Below are positions 1 through 8,062 of a DNA stretch of 32,000 nucleotides, in pieces; the first letter of the stretch is position 1, and every line of letters begins with the position of its first letter. The translations under genes and the position numbers were made by a program. Source of the stretch: Candidatus Saccharimonadota bacterium (GTDB lineage: Bacteria > Patescibacteriota > Patescibacteriia > 2-12-FULL-60-25). The DNA lies in NCBI GenBank assembly GCA_016699205.1, contig CP064964.1:90001-122000 (forward strand), read 5' to 3'. A model generated the notes under the pieces. It saw only the letters and a list, made by a program, of their open reading frames with translations. It was not told where the DNA came from and ran no database searches.

Positions 1-267
1 GATATCGACGTCCTTGGCGCAGTCATCACCATGTACGACCCGCGCACCAAATTGTCGGACGATGTTTTGCACGAGTTGTACAAATATTTTCCAAACAATA
101 TTTTCCGTTCTGTTATTCCTCGTAATGTCCGCTTGGCTGAAGCTCCGAGCTTTGGCCGTACCATTGTTCATTTTGATGCCGCTTCCAAGGGAGCGAAGGC
201 CTATGAACGTCTCGCGCAAGAGATTATCGAGCGCGAGGCGATTGGGCTCGAAATTCCAACCGTATGA
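1..267 (+). CDS. parA: ParA/Soj-family partition ATPase, C-terminal fragment (5' end outside window)
   Basis: The frame is open from base 1 (DIDVLGAVITMYDPRTKLSDDV...NVRLAEAPSFGRTIVHFD...KGAKAYERLAQEI), a typical ParA/Soj C-terminus. The TGA at 265-267 overlaps the parB ATG (ATGA at 264-267). Confidence 0.85.
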   Translation, partial: DIDVLGAVITMYDPRTKLSDDVLHELYKYFPNNIFRSVIPRNVRLAEAPSFGRTIVHFDAASKGAKAYERLAQEIIEREAIGLEIPTV

Positions 268-1145
268 TCATGCCACAACGTCAAACCGGTTTGGGTCGGG
301 GATTAGGCGCGCTTATTCCGCCTAAACCAGCTCCTGTCCAACCGATGGCTAATCCTGAGCCGAGAATGTCGGAATCCGAGGAATTGCCAGGACAGAGAAT
401 TTTGGAAGCTCCGATCGACAAGATTTCTCGTAACCCGCATCAGCCGCGTTTAACGTTTGATCACGCGGATCTTGAAGATCTCATCTCCAGTATCCGCGAA
501 CATGGTGTTTTGCAACCCTTGATCGTTACGCCTGTTGCTGATGGAACGTATCAGCTGATTGCGGGTGAGCGCCGTTTGCGCGCATCGACGATTGCCGGAT
601 TAAAAACGGTTCCGGTTGTCGTACGTGATGCAACGGAATTGCAGAAGCTTGAATTGGCAATTATCGAGAACGTACAACGCTCTGATTTGAATCCGATTGA
701 AGAGGCCAAAGCTTATCAGCGTTTAATCGACGAGTTTGGGATGACGCAGGACGATGTTGGCCGCAAGATGGGTAAGAGCCGTCCGCAAGTTGGAAATATT
801 ATCCGCTTGCTCCAGCTCCCGCAGGAGATTCAGCAGGCTTTGGTCGAGAAAAAGATTTCTTCTTCCAATGGCCGTACGCTTTTGTCTTTGCCGACGGATG
901 CCGAGCGCATGGAGCTTTTCCATGCCATGATTGCGGGTAATTTCACGGTACGACAAACAGAGGAACGTGTTGGAGTGCGACGTTTGCCGCGTACACTTGA
1001 TCCGAATATCTCTGCCGCTGAGGATCGCTTGCGTACAAAACTACACGCCAAGGTCTCAATCAAGAGAAATGCAAAGGGCGTCGGAGAAATCCGCGTGCAT
1101 TTTGGATCTGATGAAGAGCTTGGCTCGTTGCTGGAGCGGTTGTAA
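264..1145 (+). CDS. parB: ParB/Spo0J chromosome partitioning protein
   Basis: 293 aa. It has the ParB box LQPLIVTP...YQLIAGERRLRA and the HTH segment MTQDDVGRKMGKSRPQVGNIIRLL. It overlaps parA by 4 nt. Confidence 0.92.
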   Translation: MIMPQRQTGLGRGLGALIPPKPAPVQPMANPEPRMSESEELPGQRILEAPIDKISRNPHQPRLTFDHADLEDLISSIREHGVLQPLIVTPVADGTYQLIAGERRLRASTIAGLKTVPVVVRDATELQKLELAIIENVQRSDLNPIEEAKAYQRLIDEFGMTQDDVGRKMGKSRPQVGNIIRLLQLPQEIQQALVEKKISSSNGRTLLSLPTDAERMELFHAMIAGNFTVRQTEERVGVRRLPRTLDPNISAAEDRLRTKLHAKVSIKRNAKGVGEIRVHFGSDEELGSLLERL

Positions 1146-1151
1146 ACGCTT

Positions 1152-2617
1152 CTATCTTCCACCCGGCAGCATGCCCTTGATCCAGGACGAAATCCTGGAT
1201 TTTGCGTATTGCTTCACTTTTTGTTTGGCTTGGCGCGTTTTTACGAAGTTTGCCCAATCGGGATTTGGGCCTTTGCGGGACTTGTCGACGATAATATCGA
1301 CCATGTCTCCGTTTTGGATGTACAGGTGTTTCCGATATCCGTGTGAATGGCGTACGCGAAATCGACGCAGGTACTGTCCTCCGGAAGGTCGATGACGTCT
1401 CCTTTGGGTGTGAAGACAAAGATGCGGTCGCGGAAAACGTCGATCTTTAATTCTTCCAGAGACTGGAGATAGAGTTTTTTGTCTTCCATTTCTTTTTGGA
1501 TATCAGCGAGCTCGCGAACCCATTCCGGTGCGCGCGATTTATTGCCGGTCAATTCAATTTTTCCGTGCTCGTCATAAGCCCAGTGTGCAGCAATACCGAA
1601 TTCGTTCATGGCATGCATTTCTTTTGTGCGGATTTGGAATTCGACAATTTCACCGTCTTCGCAAAAAACCGTCGTATGCAGCGAGCGGTATCCGTTTGGT
1701 TTTGGCTGAGCAATATAATCCTTGATACGGCCTTTGAGCGGCGTCCATTTGCTATGGATAATACCGAGGGCGGCGTAACAGTCGGCGACGTTATCGACAA
1801 TGATGCGGAGCGCGATCAGGTCGTAAATACGCGCGATATTGCGTTCATTTTTCAGGAGTTTGCGGTATAGCGAATAGAGATGTTTGGCGCGTCCTTGTAC
1901 CAAAACATTCTGCATTCCAGCTTCTGACAGAAGCGCATCTGTATTGACGATCAATTTGTCGACGTATTCTTGCTTGCCTTCCCGACCGGAACGAGAAATT
2001 TCTTTCACCCATTCGTATTCTTTTGGATAGACATACTTGAAAGCGGCGTCTTCAAGACGTCCCTTCATTTCACCCATACCAAGCCGGTTGGCAATGGGAG
2101 CAAAGATTTCGAGTGATTCGAGGGCGATGCGGAATTGTTTTTTTGGCGGAATGCTCTCGAGCGTCTCCAAATTGTGCAGGCGGTCGGCAAATTTGATGAA
2201 GACAACACGTACATCAGCAGCCATGGTCAAGAACATTTTGCGCAGGTTCTCGATGTATCGCTCAATGCCGCGATATTTGATCTTACCAAGCTTCGTAATA
2301 CCGCCGACCATGTCAGCGACATCCTCGCCAAATTCTTTCTGAATATCCTCGAGTGTCTTTTGCGTGTCTTCTGGAACATCATGAAGCAGGCCCGCAATGA
2401 TAATCGGGGCGGGTAAACGCATCTCGGCGAGGTTGAGAGCGGCCGCAAGCGGGTGGATGATGTACGGCTCGCCGGAAGCGCGCTTTTGACCCTCGTGGGC
2501 TGCTTTGGCAAATTCGTATGCTCGGACGATATCCTCGCGGCGGGCTTTTGGATCATAAGCAGCCACGAGATCGCAGAGCGCCTCGACGGTTTGGGACTTG
2601 TTGGCTGATCCAGACAT
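1152..2617 (-). CDS. rel: RelA/SpoT-homologue (RSH) (p)ppGpp synthetase/hydrolase; reading frame broken near 1312-1325 as assembled
   Basis: ORF 1241..2689 carries the HD motif (LLHDVPEDT), the synthetase motif (RIKDYIAQPKPNGYRSLHTTV) and the start of a TGS domain (FVFTPKGDVIDLPEDSTCVDFAYAIHTDIGN). The TGS end and C-terminus (NGDMVDIIVDKSRKGPNPDWANFVKTRQAKQKV...) continue in another frame to TAG 1152-1154. I placed the start at ATG 2617 (TGcTACAAT lies 12 nt upstream); the longest ORF would start at 2689. Confidence 0.85.
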
Positions 2618-2698
2618 AGATTTACCCACATTGTAGCAAGTTTTTGAGACCGTCAATGCGTTGCTCCCTGCGAGCGAAACGGGTAACATGTGGTCGAT

Positions 2699-3895
2699 AT
2701 GAGCGACGCAACCGCCACCATCGTGGAAACGCCTGCCAAGACAGGGGAATTACGCGTCGAATCGCTCCATAACTCGGCAGAAGCGGCGATTGAATCGGGC
2801 GATGTTTCTGGTGTTTACCGCATTGCCCAGAACCAGGTTGATGAGACGGTGACGAGAGAGCTCGGTATTTCTAAGATCGATGATGCGCAAACAGCCGCGG
2901 TTGCGGGACCAGAAATTATCGCCCTTAAGCAAGCTGATGCCGAGCTTGGAAATCGTACACAGGCCGCATTGGGAAATTTGAAGACCGTTATCGGATCGTT
3001 CAACACGCCGACGACACTACCTTCGCGCGAGGCTCCAAAAGCCCCTGAGGTAACTCCAGCTGAAGCAGAAGAAGCTCGTTTGGCTGCGGTTGCCGAAAAA
3101 GCCATGCAAGAGGGTCCGCTCACGACAGAAGAAATGGCGGCCGATTTGGAAAAACATGAGGCAGAAGAGTCTCGTAAGGAGATGGCAAAAATTACTCCGG
3201 AGGAAGCCGCTACCGCAATACCACTCATTATTAAACGGGAAGATCCGGTTATTACTGTTGAGGAATTAAAACCTGAAGAACAGAAAGAAGTGCAGGAAGT
3301 AGCAGCATTGGCGGAACTTGATGAAGATATTGAGCGCGGTGTTCAAACGTTTGAGAAAGAGTTGGCGAAAATTGATGCGGAGCTTGTTGCTGAGAAAAAA
3401 GCCTTTGAAGATTTTAATGCATCGCATGGCATGGCTCACACAAAGCTTGAACAAGCTTATTTGGATGCACTCGCAAATAGAATTGCCGCGTTGGAATTTG
3501 AAAAGAAATCTCACGAAACAGGCGATGTTTCTTTAGAGGCAAAAGCAAAGGCGGCTGAACTTAAACAGCTGGCAGACAAGGCGGAGTCAAGTTATCAAGA
3601 GATGTATAATGCTTTTCTTCATCAGCCTGAAACCGCATCCAAAGAATCAAAGCTCGAGAAAATCGGATTACATCTGGATGAAGAGGATGAGAATTATGAG
3701 GCTCAGCAATATGAGCAATACCATCCAGGAAATACCTTTGGCCAAATAAAATCCAGTGGCTCAGCGCGCATGACGAGCGGTAACGGCACATTTGAAGGTG
3801 TTTCAGCGTCTCAGACGCAGAAGCCCAAAGGTCGATTTGGCAAGTTTATCGACGGACTTAAGTCCTGGAAGTACTTCACCAGCAAATCATCCTAA
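2699..3895 (+). CDS. hypothetical acidic coiled-coil protein with C-terminal amphipathic basic helix
   Basis: I placed the start at ATG 2699 (TAACAT lies 9 nt upstream); GTG 2690 is the longest-ORF alternative. The protein is about 400 aa, very E/A/K-rich, and has no TM segment. Its C-terminus reads GRFGKFIDGLKSWKYF. No family was recognised. Confidence 0.6.
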   Translation: MSDATATIVETPAKTGELRVESLHNSAEAAIESGDVSGVYRIAQNQVDETVTRELGISKIDDAQTAAVAGPEIIALKQADAELGNRTQAALGNLKTVIGSFNTPTTLPSREAPKAPEVTPAEAEEARLAAVAEKAMQEGPLTTEEMAADLEKHEAEESRKEMAKITPEEAATAIPLIIKREDPVITVEELKPEEQKEVQEVAALAELDEDIERGVQTFEKELAKIDAELVAEKKAFEDFNASHGMAHTKLEQAYLDALANRIAALEFEKKSHETGDVSLEAKAKAAELKQLADKAESSYQEMYNAFLHQPETASKESKLEKIGLHLDEEDENYEAQQYEQYHPGNTFGQIKSSGSARMTSGNGTFEGVSASQTQKPKGRFGKFIDGLKSWKYFTSKSS

Positions 3896-3896
3896 A

Positions 3897-3932
3897 AGAA
3901 AACACTCGCTATTCAGCGGGTGTTTTCTTTTT
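3897..3932. terminator. bidirectional rho-independent terminator between convergent genes
   Basis: A 13-bp stem AGAAAACACTCGC / GCGGGTGTTTTCT (one G-U pair) with a 6-nt loop and T-runs on both strands. It overlaps the last codons of topA. Confidence 0.75.
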
Positions 3933-6488
3933 GCGCGGCGCACGTTTGGTTTTGGATTTGGCTGGGCCTTTAGCTGCACGCTCGGCGATGAGCTCGATGG
4001 CTTTCTCAAGCGTGACATCTTCCGGCTTCATGTCTTTTGGAATCGTGGCATTCACTTTTCCGTGTTTGACGTAGTTGCCGTATTTACCGCTGTGGAGCGT
4101 GATCGGTTTATTATCTTCCGGATGTTTACCGATTTCCTTGCCAACACCGCCGCCACGAGTGCCTTTAGGCTGAGCGAGCATTTCAAGGGCTCTTTCAAGC
4201 GTAATCGTTAAAACGTCGTCCGGCTCCTTAATCGATCTAAAGTCGCCGTCATGGACGATATAGGGCCCGAAACGGCCTAAGCCGGCGCGGATCTCTTTGC
4301 CAGTATCTTCCTTAACTCCGAGAAGTCGAGGAAGAGCGAGGATGGAGAGGGCTTTGTTGAAATCGAGCGTTTCGAGAGGGATCGTCTTTGGGATGCTGGC
4401 GCGTTTAGGTTTCTTTTTAGAATCCTCGACTTCTTCACCGAGCTGGAGATATGGGCCGTAAGAACCGGTGCGCAAGAAGATTGGCAAGCCAGACTCCGGG
4501 TCCATGCCAAGCGAGGTTGGTCCTTGCTGAGCGCTCTTCAAGACTGTGTCGACAGCTTCTTTTGTGGCTTCACCCGGAAACATATCGGGTGGGAGGGATG
4601 CTTTGATCGGCGCGCCCGTGTTAGGAAGTGTCGACTCGACGTATGGACCAAACTTACCAACCTTAACGGAGTAGCCTTCCAATTCCGGAATGATAATCTT
4701 CTTTGCTTCTTCCGGATTAATGTTCTCGAGCTCATCGTTAATGCGATTGCGTAAGCCTTTATCGCCGAGATAGAAGTTGCGGAGATAGGGAAGCCACTCT
4801 TCTTTTCCTTCTGCGATTTTGTCGAGTGATTTTTCCATCGTTGAGGTGAAGGTTACGTCGACGAGATCGGAAAGATGCTTCTCGAGCAATTGGGTTACGG
4901 CAAAAGCCGTGAAGCTCGGGATAAGGGCGCTGCCTTGTTTGGCGACATAGCCACGATCAAGCAGCGTCGAGATCGTTGCAGCGTAGGTACTTGGGCGGCC
5001 GATGCCTTCTTTTTCCATGAACTGAATGAGCGAAGCTTCCGTAAAGCGTGCCGGCGGCTTGGTTTCGTGGGCGAGCGGCTTGGTTTCAACGCAGCTTGGT
5101 TGATCGCCGGTTTTTAACTCAGGAAGTGCTTTTTCACGTTCTTCCAAAGCTTGCTCGACATCGTCGGCGCCTTCTACGTAGGCGCGCAAAAATCCAGGGA
5201 ACAGGATTTTCATTCCTGAGGCACTAAATTCATTTTTGTCAGCAACGATGCGAGCGGAAATCTGCAGTTGCTCAGCATCTTTCATCTGCGATGCCATCGT
5301 ACGCATCCAAATCAATTCGTAGACATCATGTTCGCTGCCGGAGAGACCGGTTTCGTGAGGTGCGGTAAAGGTCAAGCTCGGACGAATGGCCTCGTGAGCT
5401 TCTTGCGCGCCGGCTGCGGCCGCGTGATGTTTTGCCTCGCCAATAAACTCGGCGCCGAAACGCGAGGTGATGCCGCTCTTAATGCCTTTGACCGCTTCTG
5501 CCGACAAATTGACCGAGTCGGTACGCATGTAGGTGATGAAACCTTTTTCGTAGAGCGATTGCGCGACGCGCATCGTGTCGCGCGAAGACAGACCGATTTT
5601 ACGGTTGGATTCTTGCTGGAGCGTAGAAGTTGTGAATGGAGCCGGTGCTTTGCGCTTGGTTTCTTTTTGTGTGACATCCGTTACGTTCCAATCGGCTTTG
5701 CGCGTGGAATCGGCGATGGCTTTGGAAGTTGCTTCGTCGAGCAATAAAATATCCTTGGCATCAGCTCTGAGTGTGCCGGTGTTTTCATCAAAGTCTTTTC
5801 CGTTGGCGACACGTTTTCCATCGACAAGAACGAGCTTGGCCTCAAACTTTGTTTTATCTTTCTCAAGTTCTGCGAGGACATCCCAGTAGGAGCCTTTGCG
5901 GAAAGCCATTCGCAGCCGTTCACGGTCGACAATTGCTTTGAGCGATGAAGATTGAACGCGGCCGGCGGATAGTCCAAAGGCGATTTTCTTCCAGAGAACA
6001 GGGGACACCGTGTAACCGACGAGACGGTCGAGAATACGGCGCGCTTCTTGCGCATGAACAAGATTTTCGTCGATGTCGCGCGGGTGTGCGAGAGCAGCAT
6101 CGATAGCGGTCTTGGTGATTTCATGGAAGACCATGCGCTTCACCGGAACCTTGGGCTTCAAAAGCTGCAAGAGGTGCCAGGAGATGCTTTCTCCTTCTCT
6201 GTCCTCGTCAGTCGCCAGATAGATGTCATCGGCGTTTTTAAGCAGCCGCTTGATTTCTGCAACGGTTTTGGCTTTCTTTGGGCTGATGACGTAAAGCGGT
6301 GCAAAGTCGTTTTCAACATCGACGCCAAGCTTACCGAAATCGGTTTTTTTGTATTGTTCCGGAACTTCGTCTTGCGAAGACGGAAGGTCACGAACATGAC
6401 CCATGGAGGCGATCACCTCGTAGTCCTTGCCCAAGAACTTGCGGATGGTTTTGGCTTTGGTCGGGGACTCAACGATTACTAAATGCAT
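3909..6488 (-). CDS. topA: DNA topoisomerase I (type IA)
   Basis: 859 aa. It has the Toprim N-terminus MHLVIVESPTKAKTIRKFLG...GHVRDLP, the acidic cluster ATDEDREGE and the catalytic-Tyr region FITYMRTDS. The C-terminal repeats (GKFGPYV, GSYGPYL, GRFGPYI, GKYGNYV) lack Cys4 zinc fingers, and the tail is Lys-rich. Confidence 0.95.
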   Translation of the reverse strand: MHLVIVESPTKAKTIRKFLGKDYEVIASMGHVRDLPSSQDEVPEQYKKTDFGKLGVDVENDFAPLYVISPKKAKTVAEIKRLLKNADDIYLATDEDREGESISWHLLQLLKPKVPVKRMVFHEITKTAIDAALAHPRDIDENLVHAQEARRILDRLVGYTVSPVLWKKIAFGLSAGRVQSSSLKAIVDRERLRMAFRKGSYWDVLAELEKDKTKFEAKLVLVDGKRVANGKDFDENTGTLRADAKDILLLDEATSKAIADSTRKADWNVTDVTQKETKRKAPAPFTTSTLQQESNRKIGLSSRDTMRVAQSLYEKGFITYMRTDSVNLSAEAVKGIKSGITSRFGAEFIGEAKHHAAAAGAQEAHEAIRPSLTFTAPHETGLSGSEHDVYELIWMRTMASQMKDAEQLQISARIVADKNEFSASGMKILFPGFLRAYVEGADDVEQALEEREKALPELKTGDQPSCVETKPLAHETKPPARFTEASLIQFMEKEGIGRPSTYAATISTLLDRGYVAKQGSALIPSFTAFAVTQLLEKHLSDLVDVTFTSTMEKSLDKIAEGKEEWLPYLRNFYLGDKGLRNRINDELENINPEEAKKIIIPELEGYSVKVGKFGPYVESTLPNTGAPIKASLPPDMFPGEATKEAVDTVLKSAQQGPTSLGMDPESGLPIFLRTGSYGPYLQLGEEVEDSKKKPKRASIPKTIPLETLDFNKALSILALPRLLGVKEDTGKEIRAGLGRFGPYIVHDGDFRSIKEPDDVLTITLERALEMLAQPKGTRGGGVGKEIGKHPEDNKPITLHSGKYGNYVKHGKVNATIPKDMKPEDVTLEKAIELIAERAAKGPAKSKTKRAPRKKKTPAE

Positions 6489-6492
6489 AGGG

Positions 6493-6517
6493 CAGGTTTC
6501 AGTGGTCAGGTTTCAGT
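6493..6517 (+). repeat. inverted-repeat arm (left) of the four-helix-bundle cassette
   Basis: CAGGTTTCAGTGGTCAGGTTTCAGT is the reverse complement of 6888-6912 at 24 of 25 positions. It is itself a tandem of a ~14-nt unit. It begins 5 nt upstream of the topA start codon and contains the cassette ORF stop codon. Confidence 0.85.
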
Positions 6518-6928
6518 TTTTAGTAGGGAGGAGATTAGTCCATTCATGATCTTGGAAATCTCGTTGATATCTTGTAGTAGAGCACTTACTTCCAGCGAAT
6601 ACAAATCCTTTATGATTAAGATTTGTGTTTCTATTTCTGCGAGTGAGCCGTGCGCTGTTCTTACAAAGTGCAGGAAATCCTTTCTTGTACCACGCTTTGA
6701 ACCTTCCGCTATGTTAGAAGGAACTGATATAGCTGATCGTCTCAGTTGATTTTTTAAGCCGAATTCTTCTTTACTCGGTATTTTTTCAAGCAGTAAGTAG
6801 ATGCTTTTTGTGAGCAGCATGCTTTTCTGCCAAACAATTAAGTCCTTGAAACTTTTGATTGTTTTGTTGCCAGTTGGTCGATTCGCTACTGAAACCTGAC
6901 CACTGACACCTGAAAACTGTGTAGACAT
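6506..6928 (-). CDS. four-helix-bundle protein (23S rRNA intervening-sequence protein family)
   Basis: The core FKDLIVWQKSMLLTKSIY...LKNQLRRSAISVPSNIAEGSKRGTRKDFLHFVRTAHGSLAEIETQILI matches that family. The only in-frame start upstream of the core and clear of dprA is ATG 6928; the longest ORF, to 7003, would overlap dprA. Confidence 0.85.
   Translation of the reverse strand: MSTQFSGVSGQVSVANRPTGNKTIKSFKDLIVWQKSMLLTKSIYLLLEKIPSKEEFGLKNQLRRSAISVPSNIAEGSKRGTRKDFLHFVRTAHGSLAEIETQILIIKDLYSLEVSALLQDINEISKIMNGLISSLLKTET
6888..6912 (-). repeat. inverted-repeat arm (right) of the four-helix-bundle cassette
   Basis: ACTGAAACCTGACCACTGACACCTG. Its reverse complement differs from 6493-6517 at one position. 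It encodes residues SGVSGQVSV of the cassette ORF. Confidence 0.85.
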
Positions 6929-6944
6929 ATATATAAGACAAAGG

Positions 6945-7832
6945 TCATTTATGCAAACGTGAGGACGTTCGAGACCAGAATTGTCCGCCAAGTTGAGCCA
7001 CATATCCCTTCATCTCGAGTAGCGAGAGATGGGCGCTGGTTGTCGCCGAATCGAGGTTGGCTTGGGTTGCGAGATCATCGATATGGATATGACCGTTTAC
7101 CAGGGCGAGAATATGACTTTCTTGGGCGGTCAGAGGCATGGAAGCTCGTACTTGCGAGACGAGTTCCGGCCGATCGAGTTTTAAGGAATCAAGAATATCT
7201 TGGGCATTTGTGCAGGCTTTGGCGCCGAGCGATAAGAGCCGATTGCAGCCCATAGAAACATCCGACCAAATTGATCCGGGGACAGCCAGGACTTCACGAT
7301 TATATTCAAGCGCGAGCTTTGCCGTGATAAGAGAACCGCTGCTTTCATTAGCTTCGATCACTAGCGTTGCCGGAGTCCAGCCGGCGATGAGGCGATTTCT
7401 GCGCGGGAAGGCGTGCTTGAAGGAGGGCGATCCGGGTGGATTTTCCGAGATGATCGCTCCGCCGTTTTCTAAAATTCTATGCGCGAGCTTGAGATGTTCC
7501 CGTGGGTATATCGTGGGCTCGTCGATTCCGGTGCCGAGGATTGCGATCGTGTAGCCGCCTGCTTCAAGAGCTGTCGTGTGTGCTTCTCCGTCGATACCAA
7601 GCGCAAGTCCGGAAACGATTCCAATGCCGGCGCTTACAAGTCCGCGCACGATTTCTTGCGTTGCACGGCGACCGTAGGAAGTGCAACGACGTGTGCCGAC
7701 AATCGAGACGCACGGAATATCTTGTAATATTCCACGCAAGTACAATCCGTTTGGCGGATTGCTTATTTGACGGAGCAACGGCGGATAACGCGCGTCGCTA
7801 ATCGAGAGCATTTCAATGTTATTTGGAAGCAC
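6945..7832 (-). CDS. dprA: DNA-processing protein DprA (Smf)
   Basis: 295 aa with the DprA core GLALGIDGEAHTTALEAGGYTIAILGTGID...FPRRNRLIAG. The start is GTG 7832 (alternative ATG 7811). Confidence 0.9.
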   Translation of the reverse strand: MLPNNIEMLSISDARYPPLLRQISNPPNGLYLRGILQDIPCVSIVGTRRCTSYGRRATQEIVRGLVSAGIGIVSGLALGIDGEAHTTALEAGGYTIAILGTGIDEPTIYPREHLKLAHRILENGGAIISENPPGSPSFKHAFPRRNRLIAGWTPATLVIEANESSGSLITAKLALEYNREVLAVPGSIWSDVSMGCNRLLSLGAKACTNAQDILDSLKLDRPELVSQVRASMPLTAQESHILALVNGHIHIDDLATQANLDSATTSAHLSLLEMKGYVAQLGGQFWSRTSSRLHK

Positions 7833-7842
7833 TCTCTACTCC

Positions 7843-7869
7843 GTTGTATCAAAATTAAAATTATGTCAA
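7843..7869 (-). promoter_or_regulatory. candidate promoter of dprA
   Basis: The minus strand reads TTGACA (7864-7869), a 15-nt spacer ending in TGa, then TACAAC (7843-7848), with GTG 7832 10 nt downstream. The spacer is shorter than the optimum. Confidence 0.4.
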
Positions 7870-7884
7870 GGGGATATCCTTAAA

Positions 7885-7915
7885 ACAAAACGCCCGCTGG
7901 TGGCGGGTGTTTTGT
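7885..7915 (-). terminator. rho-independent terminator after pth / tRNA-like element
   Basis: Stem ACAAAACGCCCGC / GCGGGTGTTTTGT (one G-U pair) with a 5-nt loop, followed by a T-run on the minus strand. Confidence 0.65.
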
Positions 7916-7923
7916 ATTGGTTT

Positions 7924-8049
7924 GGCAACAATTGCAGACTTGGTACTCCTCTATCAGGATATTGTTTTCTGCTCACTGCGTCAAATTCCTTACGGAGCCG
8001 ATGCGGGGAATCGAACCCCGAACCACAGAGTACCAAGTCTGCAGTTGCC
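7924..8049. repeat. 22-bp inverted repeat (3-nt bulge) spanning the tRNA-like element
   Basis: GGCAAC-aat-TGCAGACTTGGTACTC (7924-7948) is complementary to GAGTACCAAGTCTGCA-GTTGCC (8028-8049). The right arm is the D/anticodon region of the tRNA-like sequence. Confidence 0.8.
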
Positions 8050-8062
8050 CCAGGCCATCGGC
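7996..8062 (-). tRNA. aberrant tRNA-like element (possible decayed tRNA; identity unclear)
   Basis: It has a canonical T arm CGGGG-TTCGATT-CCCCG (8004-8020) stacked on the acceptor helix GCCGATG/CATCGGC. However, only 13 nt lie where a D arm should be, the anticodon loop has 8 nt (GCAGA-CTTGGTAC-TCTGT), and no CCA is encoded. Total length is 67 nt. Confidence 0.35.

Noticed and set aside
1060-1419. A 119-aa highly basic minus-strand ORF.
   Set aside because: It is out of frame over the rel 3' region and crosses the parB stop. The third frame gives the conserved TGS end and C-terminus instead.
3792-4211. A 139-aa plus-strand ORF, together with other plus-strand ORFs between 4500 and 6490.
   Set aside because: All are antisense to topA, which is intact and full length.
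6483-6749. An 88-aa plus-strand ORF with a GGGAGGAG Shine-Dalgarno-like string at 6526-6533.
   Set aside because: It is antisense to the well-supported four-helix-bundle ORF. The rest of the window shows no use of Shine-Dalgarno sequences, and the peptide is low complexity.
6506-6928. The four-helix-bundle ORF as an Avd accessory protein of a diversity-generating retroelement.
   Set aside because: The family includes DGR Avd proteins, but the window contains no reverse transcriptase and no long template/variable repeat pair with adenine-specific differences. The only repeats are the 25-bp arms and a ~40-nt motif copy.
7996-8062. The tRNA-like element as tmRNA or tRNA-Sec.
   Set aside because: The two acceptor strands are only 53 nt apart, leaving no room for a tmRNA body or tag ORF. 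There is no UCA anticodon, no long variable arm and no 6-bp D stem, all of which a bacterial tRNA-Sec would need.
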